Of a DNA stretch of 64,000 bases, positions 1-14,232 are shown one piece after another (position 1 is the first letter of the stretch; each line of letters begins with the position of its first letter). A program made the position numbers and the translations under genes. Source of the stretch: Octopus bimaculoides (lineage: Eukaryota); the NCBI RefSeq assembly GCF_001194135.2, contig NC_068999.1, positions 3,463,030 to 3,527,029 of the forward strand, given 5' to 3'. The notes below the pieces were generated by a model. The model had not been told where the DNA came from, ran no database searches, and worked only from the letters and a program-made list of their open reading frames with translations.

Positions 1-1666
1 CTAAATCATTGCATAATACAGACCAAAAATGTGGTTGTTACATGGACACAAGACTCGGCACCCCCGCCCCTCAGCAAGATGCCATTCTATCAGAACTAAA
101 CCATTAATGATACTCAGAGTAGATCTTGAGACTGTTTTATGCCAGCTATTTTGCTCCAGTTCCAAATAAAAACCACTTCGTAGAGTGTTCTAGGTGCTTT
201 TTACGTGGCACCAACACACTGGTGACAAACACGATCCCGTAAATTTGGGTTTTCATTCTGGAAACTGACAATTTGGCAGATCCTTCTGGGTGGGACACCA
301 CTACACATCAGAGGAACTTCTCATGGAATCAACTTTAACCACATCTAAGACTATGTAATTCCAAGAGCTAGAATTCAATGTTACAGAGATATAGAAAAGC
401 GCTGTCAGTTTGATTAGAAATCACCACCTGGGAGTTGGGAGTTTAATTCTTTATCTACAGGACTAATTCTCCAAAATATCAAAAATACAGACAGATCAAC
501 TTCAAATTTCGATAGGTTTCTTCTGCTGAACTGGTAAAAAAAACAAGATGACTCCAGTGTGATTGGAAGGTTTGGTAAATTATTAAAGAAATGATGCCAG
601 TGAACAATTCAAAGAGAGAGGAGGAGGGAGAGGGGAAGGAGGAGAAGAAGAGATGTATTGAAGGGGAGGTTAGAGGAGTGGGTGGGAATGGAATAATTGT
701 GGAAAGCTGGGTAAAGACAGTAAGATATGTTAGAGAGAGAGGGGGGATGGGGAGGAAGGGAGGGAAAGAGAGAAGGGTGAGAGGAGTATTTTTGTAGGTT
801 TTAAAAATTTTATATGATTTGTTGTTTAGCCACATGTAAGCACTGAATCCGCAGACCTGTGATCAAAAGAATTCCAACCATGACCACCTCTTTATTTCAA
901 GCAGTGTATTTTGGATTATATTATCCAATGTATCCTCCTTACTTTAATACAGAATCGTATGATTTTAGGGAGATTAAGCTGCTATTTCTAGCAGATGGAA
1001 TGACCAAGTGTAGGCACTCACATTGCTCTTCTGTTTGTGTGTGTTGGTTTCAACCACCCACTCGACCATTATGGAAGAATTTTATCCCACAGAGTTAATC
1101 ATATATCATAATAAATGAACTTCAACATGGTAAATGCCAGCACCAACATTTGACCTCTTGACCTTTCAAACATTTTATTGCTCTTCCTTAATTACGACCA
1201 CTAATTACATTTCAAAGCAACAATAATCTTTTCACCTTATTGATTTTTAGATAAAAATTGAAGATCACACACACACACACACACACACACTGACGTACAT
1301 ACTGACGTAGACTCACATGGTGTGAGCTGCAGGGGCAGATGAGATTATGTGACATTCATGCCTTTCTCAAAGGCAATTTCTTGAAGATGTAAATGAAGTG
1401 AGATATCAGCAACCGGGATGTAAACTCAAAAATTCTTAGGAGCTTACTCAAGGAATCAGATTTGTTTGTGAGAAATGAAGTGAAACTGAGGACAGACGAT
1501 TTGATTGGTTGAAGCGATTGGACATTGGACAAAAATGCTTTGTGGTATTTTGTCATGGTTCTTCGTGTTCTGGGTTCAAATCTTACCAAACCCTACTTTA
1601 CCATTCACCTATCTGGGGCTCGCAAAATAAAACACAACTCAAGTACCGGGGTAGATTTATATATAT

Positions 1667-1905
1667 AGGCACAGGAATGGTTGTATGTCTTTATGTCTGT
1701 TCGGTTCCCCCCACCACCACCACCATCGCTTGACAACCTATGTTGGTGTGTTCACGTCTCCGTAACTTAGCAGTTCGGCAAAAGAGACAGATAGAATAAG
1801 TTCTAGGCTTACAAAGAATAACTTCTGGGGTCGATTTGTTCGACTAAAGGTGGTGCTCCAGTATGGTGGCAGTCAAATGACCAAAACTAGTAAAACAATA
1901 AAAGA
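1667..1905 (+). mobile_element. SINE family D, internally deleted
   Basis: The head start ggcacaggaatgg joins directly to the 3' domain accatcgcttgacaacc...cagtcaaatgac...aaaag. Confidence 0.8.
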
Positions 1906-2521
1906 ATATATATATTTATGACAGATTAAGGTAGATTTAGCTATCATCATCATCATCATCACCATTGTTTAACGTCCGCTTTCCATGCTGGCATGGGTTG
2001 GAGGGTTTACAGAGGGCTGGCAAGCCAGAAGGCTGCACCAGGCTCCAATCTGATCTGGCAAAGTTTCTACAGCTGGATGCCCTTCCTAACGCCAACCACT
2101 TTTTACGTGCCACCGGCTATCTTAATACATTCTTGATAAGAATGGAATGACAAGAGAAGATTAAGTGAGATGCATGCCTTTCTTTTGAAAGATCTAGTGA
2201 TGTGTGAAATAGCCTAGAACGGTTGGCATGAGAAATCGAAACCAGGTTGAGTCTAATGGTATTTGATATAATCTTTTAAAATATTCTTATTTCCTTCCTG
2301 TTCAGGGATTAACAAAAACAAAATATATAAAATAATTGAAATATTAATTAAAATTAAGTTTGTTGCTTGAATGACATTTAATTATTTAATGAAAATGACG
2401 AGACCTAATCAATAAATAGCAGCAGAGACAAGATGCGTGTTACAAAGTGCACTTTTATGTAAGTGACTGCTACATGTGCATGTGCAGTCAGGTGAAACAT
2501 GGCACAGAGAGAGAGAAAGAT

Positions 2522-2571
<50 letters not shown>

Positions 2572-2895
2572 TGGTGGTGGTGGTGGTGGGAGAAGAGAGC
2601 TATTGTTAACTTTTCTTTCTTTTGTCTTGCACACAGGTAAGATGGTGTTAATGTTGCTTTTAATATACAGACTATTGGAGTATATTAATTAGAAATAGAC
2701 ACACAGACAGACACAGATATACATAGAAAGGAAGAGAGAGATGGATGGATGGATAGTTGGGTAGAAAAGCTACAATAATTGAATATTTGTTAGTATAAAA
2801 ATATTTCAGAATTTAATTATTTAAAGATGCCACTACCTAAATAAAGAACAGCTAAGTGTTAAGTATACATATTGATGACTATATATATCATATCA

Positions 2896-2981
<86 letters not shown>

Positions 2982-4242
2982 TATATACACAGGTTCTATC
3001 ATATACCACCAAAGAATTTACACACATCAAAATACATTAGACATATGTAGACCTGTGGGGATATAAGGTAGTGTATATTTATGAAGGTTAATACTACACA
3101 TGTAGAGAGGTTGCGATGGCCTAGTGGTTAGGGTGTTGCACTCAAGGTTGGTAGATCTTGGGTTCGACTGCCTCATAATTTGTTTAAAGTGGCCCTTATG
3201 GCTGGGGAGCATAGAAGACAGTGAATAATGATCCTAGATGGGAGGGATGAGGGATGGGAAGGGAAGCAGATGGGGCGAGGGAAGGGATTAGTGATAGGGG
3301 TTACTGAGAAGAAGGGAACGGAGGTCTAGGGCTATCCAACATTGTGTTGGGTTTATATAAAAAGTGTGAGGGAAAGGGGACACAAAGGAAACAATACTCA
3401 TATATATATACATATATGTAATAAGAAGAAAAAAGGGATTAAAGAAATCCAGGTAGATATCAATAAAGCAGTCAGTGTTAAACAATTTAGTTAAGTATAC
3501 CCAACAATCAGATACCAGTAAATGTAAGAAGAATACACGTCCAAAGTAATTCTTCATGTATCACAAGTAGAACCAAATACCATTGTGAAGAATTTCAAGA
3601 AATATATATATATATATATCAGAATAGCCTGCTGATAACAACATGTGTTCTTATATTTGATAAGGAGAATCTTTCCCGAAATATACTAGAAGCATTAAAC
3701 TATGTAAGGCAATAAAATATCCGCTGTTTCTATTTACTGGCATCACCTTAAATATTTTGCATAACCTCTCACCTGCATTGCTCAAAGGATTTATAAAATA
3801 CTTATATCATTTACATATCACAATGCTTCAAAGCAGATTACAATATCTGTATAGGTACAACCTTGTATTTCCTCTTCAGCATGACACCTACATCTGTCTC
3901 ACGATAACCTTTTCATCCTCACCTCCTTCAATGCCTCCTCCCTCTTAAAAGTTTGTCTTGCAAGTACTTGGTGACCCTATCAGTGCAGGTGCCACTTAAA
4001 AGCACCCAGTCCACACTGTAAAGTGGTTGGTGTTTGGAAGAGCATCTAGCTGTAAAAATCTTGCCAAAACTGATCTCGCCTGTAACACATAAAAAGCACC
4101 AAGTCCACTCTGTAGAGTGGTTGGTGTTAGGAAGAGCATCCAGCTGTAAAAATCCTGCCAAAACAGTCACAGAAGTCCCACCCATGCTAGCATGGAACAC
4201 AGACGTTAAATGATGATGATGATGATGAATATATATATATAG

Positions 4243-4565
4243 TGAAGGCGCGTGGCTTAGTGGTCAGGGTATTCAGCTCACGATTGCAAGGTCATGAGTT
4301 CAATTCCCGGTGACGTGTTGTGTCCTTGAGCAAGACACTTTATTTCACATTGCTCCAGTCCACTCAGCTGGCTAAAATAAGTAGTGCCCTGTATTTCAAA
4401 GCGCCAGCCTTGTTGCACTCTTTGTCACGCTGAATCTCCTTGAGAACTACGTTAAGGGTACACGTGACTATGGAGTGCTCAGCCACTTGCACGTTAATTT
4501 CACAAGCAAGCTGTTCCGTTGATCGGATCAGCTGGGACCCTCGTCGTCATAACCAATGGAGTGCT
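4243..4565 (+). mobile_element. SINE family B (tRNA-derived CORE-SINE, octopus OR-like), full length
   Basis: A box tggcttagtgg, B box agttcaattcc, CORE-like gtgtccttgagcaagacactttatttcacattgctccagtccactcagctgg, then a 3' tail of about 170 bp. Confidence 0.85.
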
Positions 4566-4571
4566 CCCTTT

Positions 4572-4603
<32 letters not shown>

Positions 4604-5300
4604 CATGAATGTATAATCTAGAAATAATTGTGAGAATATAAGGATATTATTAATCAATCAATAATATTAATGTTTTCTGTATTTCCTTTGAGCAAATAGC
4701 GAAGACAACTTAGAACCTGGTTTGGTCTTATTCTGCATTCTACTGAAGGCGCGCAGAAAAGCACTTTTAGTAACCAAGTGAAGTGTTACCAAAACTAAGG
4801 AATTTCATAGTTTAGTTTAAGAGATTAGAGTAGCAGACACCCCACCACCAGCATAGTCACCACCGCCACCACGTGAGCTATTAGAAAAAAAAAAGAAGAA
4901 AAAACCGATGACTTACATCGTATTTTAATTTTAATTATGATACAGAAGCCTGGCATATTTGAGTGTCAACTGAAAAATATTTTATTTGGAGTAATTAAGT
5001 TTCATGAAAGAGAAGAAGTTCGTTAATGTGAAGCCTGAAGACCTTTGGCAGACATCACACAACATCCCAACTGTACACACATACACACACACACACACAC
5101 ACACATCACAGTCATCCTTTAATGTCCATTTTCCATGCTGGTATGACACATACATATATTTATATACATACATATATATATACTTACACACACACACACA
5201 CACACATACACACGCATGCATACATATATACACACAGAGGCACATACACAGTTATATACACACACATATACATGCACACACATAAACACATACACACATA

Positions 5301-5516
5301 CAGGGTGGCCCAAAAGTAGGTTTACAGATATCACGTAGGTACTTTAAATTTCTTTTAAAACATCTTATTACATTTAAATTTCTATCTTACAATTAATTAA
5401 ATTAGCATAGAATAATGGTTTCATATTTTTTTTTTTATAGTCAAGATTTAAACTTAATATATAAAAATGCGAAAGAGATAGTTGAATAACTGTAAACCGA
5501 ATTTTGGGCCACCCTA
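5301..5516. mobile_element. Tc1/mariner-type MITE, 216 bp
   Basis: TIRs cagggtggcccaaaagtaggtttacag and ctgtaaaccgaattttgggccaccct(a), flanked by TA on both sides; AT-rich non-coding interior. Confidence 0.85.
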
Positions 5517-5641
5517 TATATATACATATATATAAACATATACATATGTATACGTTTATACAAATGTGCACCTGTGTGTGTATGTGTGCATGTATCATCA
5601 TCATTTAGCACCCATTTTCCATGCTGTCACGTATTGCAATG

Positions 5642-5691
<50 letters not shown>

Positions 5692-7566
5692 TAACNNNNN
5701 NNNNNNNNNNNNNNNNNNNNNNNNNNNNNNNNNNNNNNNNNNNNNNNNNNNNNNNNNNNNNNNNNNNNNNNNNNNNNNNNNNNNNNNNNNNNNNNNNNNN
5801 NNNNNNNNNNNNNNNNNNNNNNNNNNNNNNNNNNNNNNNNNNTGCAAATTGTTAGACACACGTACACACACCTGGTGTTTTATATTACTGTAACAAGGTG
5901 TTAGCATAGCACAAAGGTGACACACTAGTACAACCATAAAGGTGGCACACTGCTGGAATCTTTCTACAGAAAACCTTGAGATATTTATTCCAGATCTTTA
6001 AGTCATGAGTTCAAACCCAGGTAAGGTCAAACTTTACCTTTCATTCTTTCCAAGACCAAAGCAACAGTATTGGATGTCTGAGTGTCATAGGAGGGACACT
6101 GTCTTGTGGTTCTGTGCCGACCATTTGTGTTCCAGTAGCAGAGACTAAGAATTCTTTCTCTCAGTTTCTTTCTACCCATTTTTGCACACAAAGTTTGGAC
6201 CAAACCAGATCTTTTGTTTGCAAAGAGAACTTTTATCCACATGGCTCTGCCAACACCAATGTACTTTGGATAATGTACTCTTAGCTACACATACACAAGT
6301 TGTGAGAATGAAGACAAAGACAGGATGATCATATGCAAAGTATCTTTGAATCTATTGAAGGTTCGTCACAATAAGGAAGAGCACATTACATAATATAGTC
6401 TTAGATAGACAAGGTCTGAATAAAAGACAGGATGGTCATGGTAGGAATGTCTTTAGAAGTCAGCTGCAAGAATTATGGTCACAGTTTCTCCATTAAAAGA
6501 CAGAGAAAGGCTTTTATCTTTTTAGTTTGATCAGCATTGTTTGTGTAATGTGTCCCTTTAGTTATATTATTAGGGGTATTAGAGACAATCTGATGGGGTG
6601 GAGGGTATCGATGTCATTGTAATCATAGCACCAGCAACAATAGGCCACCCAATACCCCTCATATATATATAAAAAAAAACAATAAAAGAGAATCAAACTC
6701 AGACAGTCTGTGTTTAATCTTTTATTATGGCCATTTTATTAGGGGTATCTGAGAAGGGTGGACTCAGTAGAACAGAGCAATACACCTCGCTTTCCATTCA
6801 CAAAGTTACAACAACAACAATAACAAAAAGTTGTTTTTAAGCAGACATCGTCCTTACACTTTAGCCATTTTATTAAGGGTATTAAGGGTGGAGGGTATTG
6901 ATTGTAGCATTGTTTAGGGTACACCTACCCACACCACCTCCTCCTTTACGAGTCTAGTGAGTGCAACTTGCAAGAAAGGATGCTGGCATAAAGGATGCTG
7001 GTGAGAAAAGAACAAGGATGGGAGTGGGATGGCTGCATTTACAACAAAGAGACAGAGGGGGGGAGTGATTGTTGACAGTGGTTACCAACAACAGAGGGCG
7101 CTAGATGCAGCTATAGNNNNNNNNNNNNNNNNNNNNNNNNNNNNNNNNNNNNNNNNNNNNNNNNNNNNNNNNNNNNNNNNNCTTACACCCAATACAAATC
7201 ATTTTTCCACCCTTACACTGGTGTCAAGTTAATCGGGTGGAAAAATGATTTGTATTGGGTGTAAGTATTTAATGATAGAGCACAGAGTGTTTAAGGGTGA
7301 AACAGAGCTGGGTGGAGAGAGGGTACATGTGCGCGTGCGCGTGCGGGAAAGCATGTGCATATAATATGAATGCATATATTGGTAGTGCGTGTGTATATGT
7401 ACAACTGTAGCAATGTGTGATTAGGCAGTTGTAATGTGTATTGTTATATGGAAGTGTATGTGTGTTAACAGCACATGCATGTGGGGGGGGGTGTAGGTTG
7501 TGGTAGCACAATTATGTATAATTATGTGAGTATATCTGGGTGTGTGTGGTTCATGTTTATGTGTGC

Positions 7567-7616
<50 letters not shown>

Positions 7617-7923
7617 ACATATACATGTATATCTATATATATATATATGTATATATATACATATATATATATATATACACATATATACATACATATATAC
7701 ATATACACACACACACATACATACATACATATATATAGTGACCATGTATTGGTGTGTGTGCACGCATATCCAAATTTACAATTTTCTTACCATTTAACTT
7801 TATCATATTGTCTGTTGTACTGCAACATAGAGGAAACTATGGAGAATCCCTGACTGCTATTTATCACCACTTTAAGATGTTACAAGTACAACATACAAGA
7901 CACACGTAGCGAGATAAAGAGGT

Positions 7924-8058
7924 AAATTCCGCCAAGGTAGACTTTGCCTTTCATCCTTTCGGGGTCGATAAATTAAGTACCAGTTGCATTCTGAGGTCAA
8001 TCTAATTGACTGGCTCCCTCCCCCCAAATTTCGGGTATTGTGCCTGGAGTAGAAAAGA
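7924..8058 (+). mobile_element. SINE family A, 3' part
   Basis: aaattccgccaaggtagactttgcctttcatcctttcggggtcgataaattaagtaccag...agtagaaaag. Confidence 0.8.
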
Positions 8059-8269
8059 AAGCGACTGAGTGACAGGACACCAACTTGCAGCATGCCTTTC
8101 TAGAAAAGCAGAAATGTTGCAAGTTTTGTTGTTGAATCAACCTTGGGTTTAAAACTGCTGGGGATTTACAGATGTCCAGTGGATCGGTCAGCTAGCACCA
8201 AACAGAGAAGTCAGCAGTAAGCTTGTTATATCAACACCACCACTCTATCTATGGCTAACACAATGAATC

Positions 8270-8585
8270 TCGTTAGCATAGGCCACCCAGCTGTAAGCAG
8301 GTACCACAGAATGGTATAATTCAGTTAGCTGTAAGTAGGCACCCCAAGATGGTACAGTCCACCTCGCTGTAACATATGATGGTGCAATCTTGAGGTATGT
8401 AAGTACCACAGAATGATACAGTGTACCTAGTTGACAGGAGGTACCGCAAGACAGTAAGGTTGTCAATGAACTGTGTCCGTGTTCAAAGTTAGCTATATTC
8501 AACAGCTCAGTCTAACTAGCCATGAATAGGTACCACACTGTAATGTGTCCAGCTCAGTCTACCTAGCTGTAAATGGGTATCAAAT
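8270..8585. repeat. Degenerate ~38-bp minisatellite
   Basis: agctgtaagcaggtaccacagaatggtacagt-like units in register at about 8289, 8327, 8365, 8403 and 8441. Confidence 0.7.
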
Positions 8586-10816
8586 GATGTAATATAATAA
8601 ATAATTTACCACAAGTAAGCAGCGACAAGACAGCAAAAATTGATGCTTGTGTTGGTTTCCAGTTCTCACATTCATTCTGTGAGAAACTTACCATCTGTTT
8701 AACGCTATTTAGCGCCAGCCAACAGAATGTGGACTTCTGGGAAAGGTTTCATGGGATTTTTTTCTTATTTTGGTTTAATTTATTTGGTTTGGCATTCACA
8801 GAGTTATTCCAGCAAAACAACACTGTATACATGTGCATATATATATATATACACACACACACATGAAGAGAGAGAGAGAGAAAAATAGACAGGTCAATGT
8901 GTTTGAATGGGTATAGATATGTGTGTGTGTGTGTGTGTGTGTTGTGAGTGTGTGCCAATTTTCTGCTGGGTATTGGAATATTCCACAACGTCTGATTCCA
9001 TCATCTATGGACATCTAAATGTTCAAAAAGCCCCAAGAATAAAACCGTTACTCTACCAATGTAGTGAGTTCCTCATTTTTTTGTCTGAGACAGTTACATC
9101 TAACACACACACTTGGCCTTACATTCCTCAAGTTCCTTTATGCCGACCATTCTCACCTACAAACAACCAACACAAAGACAAAAAAAATAGCGATAAATTG
9201 GAAGCAAAACAGCAGATCAAATTGTTGCCATAGCTACAGGAAATTGTTACCAAAAATCACTCATGTTCAAAAGCTACTCCACTTCTTCAAGTTCTGAGCT
9301 TTTTTTTACATGTAAGCCTTGTTCTGACAAAAACTCAAAATATAGGACTGTGTGTGTGGGAAGGTGGGGAGGGCTTAAGAAGTTTGTTTCCTCATCCCAT
9401 GGTTCCAGGTTCAGTCCTACCGCATGGCAGCATGGTCGAGTGTCTTCTACTACAGGTCTGGGCTAACCAAAGTCTTTTGAGTTAAAATGGTAGAGGAGAA
9501 ACTAAAAGAAAGCAGTTTGTATGGTAAGAAGTTTGCTTCCCAACCACATGGTTCTGGGTTCAGTTCCAATTTGTGGCACATTGGGCCAATGTCATATATG
9601 TATATGTATGTATGTAAAAGCAAAATAGCCACTGGCTGGTAAGTTAAAAATTTGACTGTGCAACCACATGGTTTTGAGTTCAATCTCAATATGCAGCATC
9701 TTAGTCCTGTGTCTTCTATAGTCTCAGGTTAACCACCATGACTAAATGTGAAGTGGGGAGAGAGGGGAAGAAAATGAGGGGGGAGTGAAGGGGAGAGAGA
9801 GAGAGAGTTGTGGAAGGGACAGGTTACCAAGGTGGAGGTGAGGGTGGCCCAGTAGAGTTACTGTGGTGGTGGTGAAGTGGTAGGAGTAAAAGCATTGATA
9901 ACATTCTAAGAGTTTTAGGAATTGATAAAAGTTTATCAGTGCAAACACACACACACACGAACATGTTACTGTGTGTGTGTAAATATATAAATGTATGCAT
10001 TTATACATACACAAAAACAAACATACACGTGTGTGTGTGAGAGAGAGAGAGAGAGAGAAAGAGCACATGCGTACATGCATGTGTGTGTTTGACAAACAAG
10101 CAACTGTTGAAACTAAATTTCCTGCCAGTTTTAAATCTAAAACGTTTTTAACTCTTACACTTGTATTGAGTCCTCTCTAGTTTTGTGATATACATACACA
10201 CACACACACACACACCACACATACATGTATACATACACATACACACCACACACATACATGTATACACAAACACACACGCATGCATGCACACACTCATGCA
10301 CAGACACAAACGCATGCATACACACCACACATACATACTCATGCATACACACACACACATACAAAAGGCATGCATGACAGTTCTTAAGATTAGTTTTTAG
10401 CAAAGAGGGCAGAATCGCCACAGGTCAGTAAACCTGCACTGGATCTCCACTGCTGCCACCACCACAACCACCACCACCACTGCTAACAACAATAATAATA
10501 GCATTGCTTTCATCACCATAGCAACGGAAACTGCTAGAATTGCCACCATCACCACCACCACCACCACCACCTACTACTACTACTACTACCAAGCTTAAAG
10601 TGGAGTTGAGAGACAAACAGACATTTGCTCTCAGCTGGATGTGTTCAAGGTCAGCGTATGGTATTGTAGTGTAGGTGGTGGTGGTGGTGAGGCAGTGTAG
10701 CGTGTGGGTTGTAGTACGTAGTGGTCAGGTGGTCTATCACAAGTGACAGTTAAGTGGTGTGTATGCATATATGCATATATGGAGATACATATATTTGTGT
10801 TATATATTTATATACA

Positions 10817-10861
<45 letters not shown>

Positions 10862-11014
10862 GGGAGTGTGTGTAAGGCATGTTTGCAATGTTAACAAGTG
10901 ATGATAAGAGAGAGTAGTTTTGCGTATAATGCTGTAGTATAGGATATGGTAGTAGTGGTGTATATAGAAGTGATAGTTAAGTGGTGTGTATACAATGCAC
11001 GTGTGTCTATATAA

Positions 11015-11047
<33 letters not shown>

Positions 11048-11222
11048 ACAGGATTCTTCCATTTTCTATCTACCAAATCCACTTACAAGGCTTTGGTCTG
11101 CCCTATAGTAGAAGACACTTGTCCAAGGTGTCACACAGTGGGACTGAACCCGGAACCATGTGGTTGGGAAGCAAGCTCCTTACCCGAACGCCATGCCTGC
11201 GCCTATATATATATATACACAC

Positions 11223-11275
<53 letters not shown>

Positions 11276-12292
11276 CATAGATATCAAGTGGATAGAGGGG
11301 TAAACAGTATTAAAATGAAATTAGAACTGTGACAGCCCTTAAACAGAAGGACCAGATATGTAATGAAACATTATAAAAAGAGATGACTCACACACACAGA
11401 CACACACACAATGAATAAGTAAACAGTAAAGTGAGAAGAGAGAGAGAGAGAGAGAGTGAGAAGAGAGAGAGAGAGAGAGAGTGAGAGAGAGAGAGATAGA
11501 GAGATTAAAGTGATGAACATTGGTGATAGCAAAAGAGTTGTTGTGTTGGAGATGTCTGCATTGAAACTGGGTTTAATGTCTCGTCTAATGCTTAACCCTT
11601 TAACAATACTTATAGTTTACAATGATTAATGGCTGTGTTAATGTATTTATATTAAAAAAAAATATGAGAATAAGACAAAAAAAGGACAAAGAATCGTATG
11701 CGATTTGCCGGAGGGTGGGGTTTGGGTGCTAACAATATGTTGAGGGGTGGAATATGACTGGTTTGGAACAAATAGCTTTGACTTTATGGCAGCTGGGTTT
11801 TTGGTCAATTGGAACACACACACATACACACACACACACAGAAAAAAAAAAGAAGAAAAAACGTTAGAATGTAAAGAATAAAGTTTTGAATAAAAAAAAA
11901 ACTTCTCAATGTATTCGACTGAATTTTTATTTGATCAAATGCAACCCCACCACCACCACCGACCAAATGTAATCTGGCGGGAGAACAATGGTCACGCTTC
12001 TCTCTCTTTCTCTCTCTGTCATTTTTCATTTTGTCTTTGCCCCCCACCCCCTCTCATAAAATCTGTTTCGTTCTGGTGGCTGCAGCCACCTCCATTTTCA
12101 CGCATGATTGGGTCTTATAATATGCAATATGCAGCATAAATGCGTACGCATTCTATATAAAGGCATATGCACTACACACACGCACACATACACACATTCA
12201 AAAGGGCTTAGTCATTTAGAACACATACATACACATTCACACAATGCAGAAATGCCACCATGTCGGCAACAGTACTTTACACACACACTTGA

Positions 12293-12326
<34 letters not shown>

Positions 12327-12497
12327 GCATATATATACACACACACACACATACACACGTATGTGTGCATTTATTGATATGCAAATCCATGCGTCCATGT
12401 CTATGTTCCCATCCACCCCCCCACTGACGCTGTCTGTCAGCTGCTGGAAAAAGACAGTCTCTTGGTTCTCACCATCATTACTCACACCACACAACAG

Positions 12498-12549
<52 letters not shown>

Positions 12550-13178
12550 TGGTGGGGGAGACGCAAGATACTATGACTGATGTGTGCAAATGCATCTGCA
12601 TGTGTGTGTGTGTGTTATGCAACAGGGAAAAAATAATGCTATGACTAATGCGTCTGCATGTGTGTGTGTGTGTGTGTGTGTGTAACAGGTAAGACGTATT
12701 GTTTTAATACATGTGTGTGTGTGTGTGTAATAAGCATAATAGAGAGGCTAACCATGATACGCTGGTGTTAAAGACCAAGGCTAGCACCACCCTCAACAAC
12801 AAATTATGAAAACATTTAGCTCAATCTAACACATTATTTCTTGTTATTCTGTTAGCAGTTCGACTTGTGTGCACTTAGTTGCAGCTTTTCTGTTCTTATG
12901 TGTGTTTACATCATTTAATGTACACAATATAAGAGCTATGAATAGTTTTTTGCTGGGAGATGTGGCTCTAGGCAGGTTTTTAATAGCATACCTTGTGTCA
13001 CCAAGCAATCTTCATGTTATAAAAACCTACCTAGACACGTGTCTTCATAGCAAGAAACTAATAGCAATTTGTATCTTTAAACTGTCTACATTAAATGATA
13101 TTTCTCTCTCACTGGGTAGACTAGCTTTTTTGTTGATCTTACCTTAACAGAACAGTAAGCTAAATATGTGTGTGTGTT

Positions 13179-13229
<51 letters not shown>

Positions 13230-13498
13230 NNNNNNNNNNNNNNNNNNNNNNNNNNNNNNNNNNNNNNNNNNNNNNNNNNNNNNNNNNNNNNNNNNNNNNN
13301 NNNNNNNNNNNNNNNNNNCTGGCATGGGTTAGACTGTTTGACTGGAACTGGCAGGCCAAAGAGAAACACTAGGATCCAGTCTGACTTTGGCGTGCTTTCT
13401 ATGGCGCTGGATACCCTTCCTAACACCAACGATTCCAAGAGTGTAGAGGGTGCCTTGTGCATGTCACTGGCATGGGTGCTTTTATATATATATCTATA

Positions 13499-13538
<40 letters not shown>

Positions 13539-14035
13539 TGCAGCATGGAAGGTGTTTATAAGCCGTTTAAAATTTAGCAGTTTGGCAAAACAGACCGATA
13601 GAATAAGTACTAGGATTACAAAGAATAAGTCCTGGGGTCAATTTGCTCAACTAAAAGGCACTGCTCCAGCATGGCCGCAGTCAAATGACTGAAACAAGTA
13701 AAAGAATAACGCATAAACAGAGCCTAAAAGATTACCTTAAGATACATCACGTATTTTATGTATATATGCAGGATCAAATATCATAACAGCATGAAACTAT
13801 TGGTAGCTCTTTGGCTGGTGCAGTGCAATAGTAGAAGACACCAATGCATGTTGCTGAGCATGGAACTGAAACCGAGACCACTTGGTTTGGGAAGTCAACT
13901 TCATAATCACACATCCATGCTTGCACACGCACACACACATGTACTTATACATATATCGATAAAGGTATTATACATACATATATCATATAAGCATGTATTG
14001 AACTATCACTATTATCATGTTTGTGTGTATACACA

Positions 14036-14089
<54 letters not shown>

Positions 14090-14187
14090 TACTTATACAC
14101 CAATATAATTTGTTGGTAGCTATATTAGTAACAATTTTTTTACATTTCACACATAATTAAGTTCGTTAAAAAAACACAAACAGTAAT

Positions 14188-14232
<45 letters not shown>

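Noticed and set aside
5004-5070. Protein-like start MKEKKFVNVKPEDLWQTSHNIPTV
   Set aside because: Runs straight into (CA)n and a retroposon tail; no splice donor and no recognisable motif.
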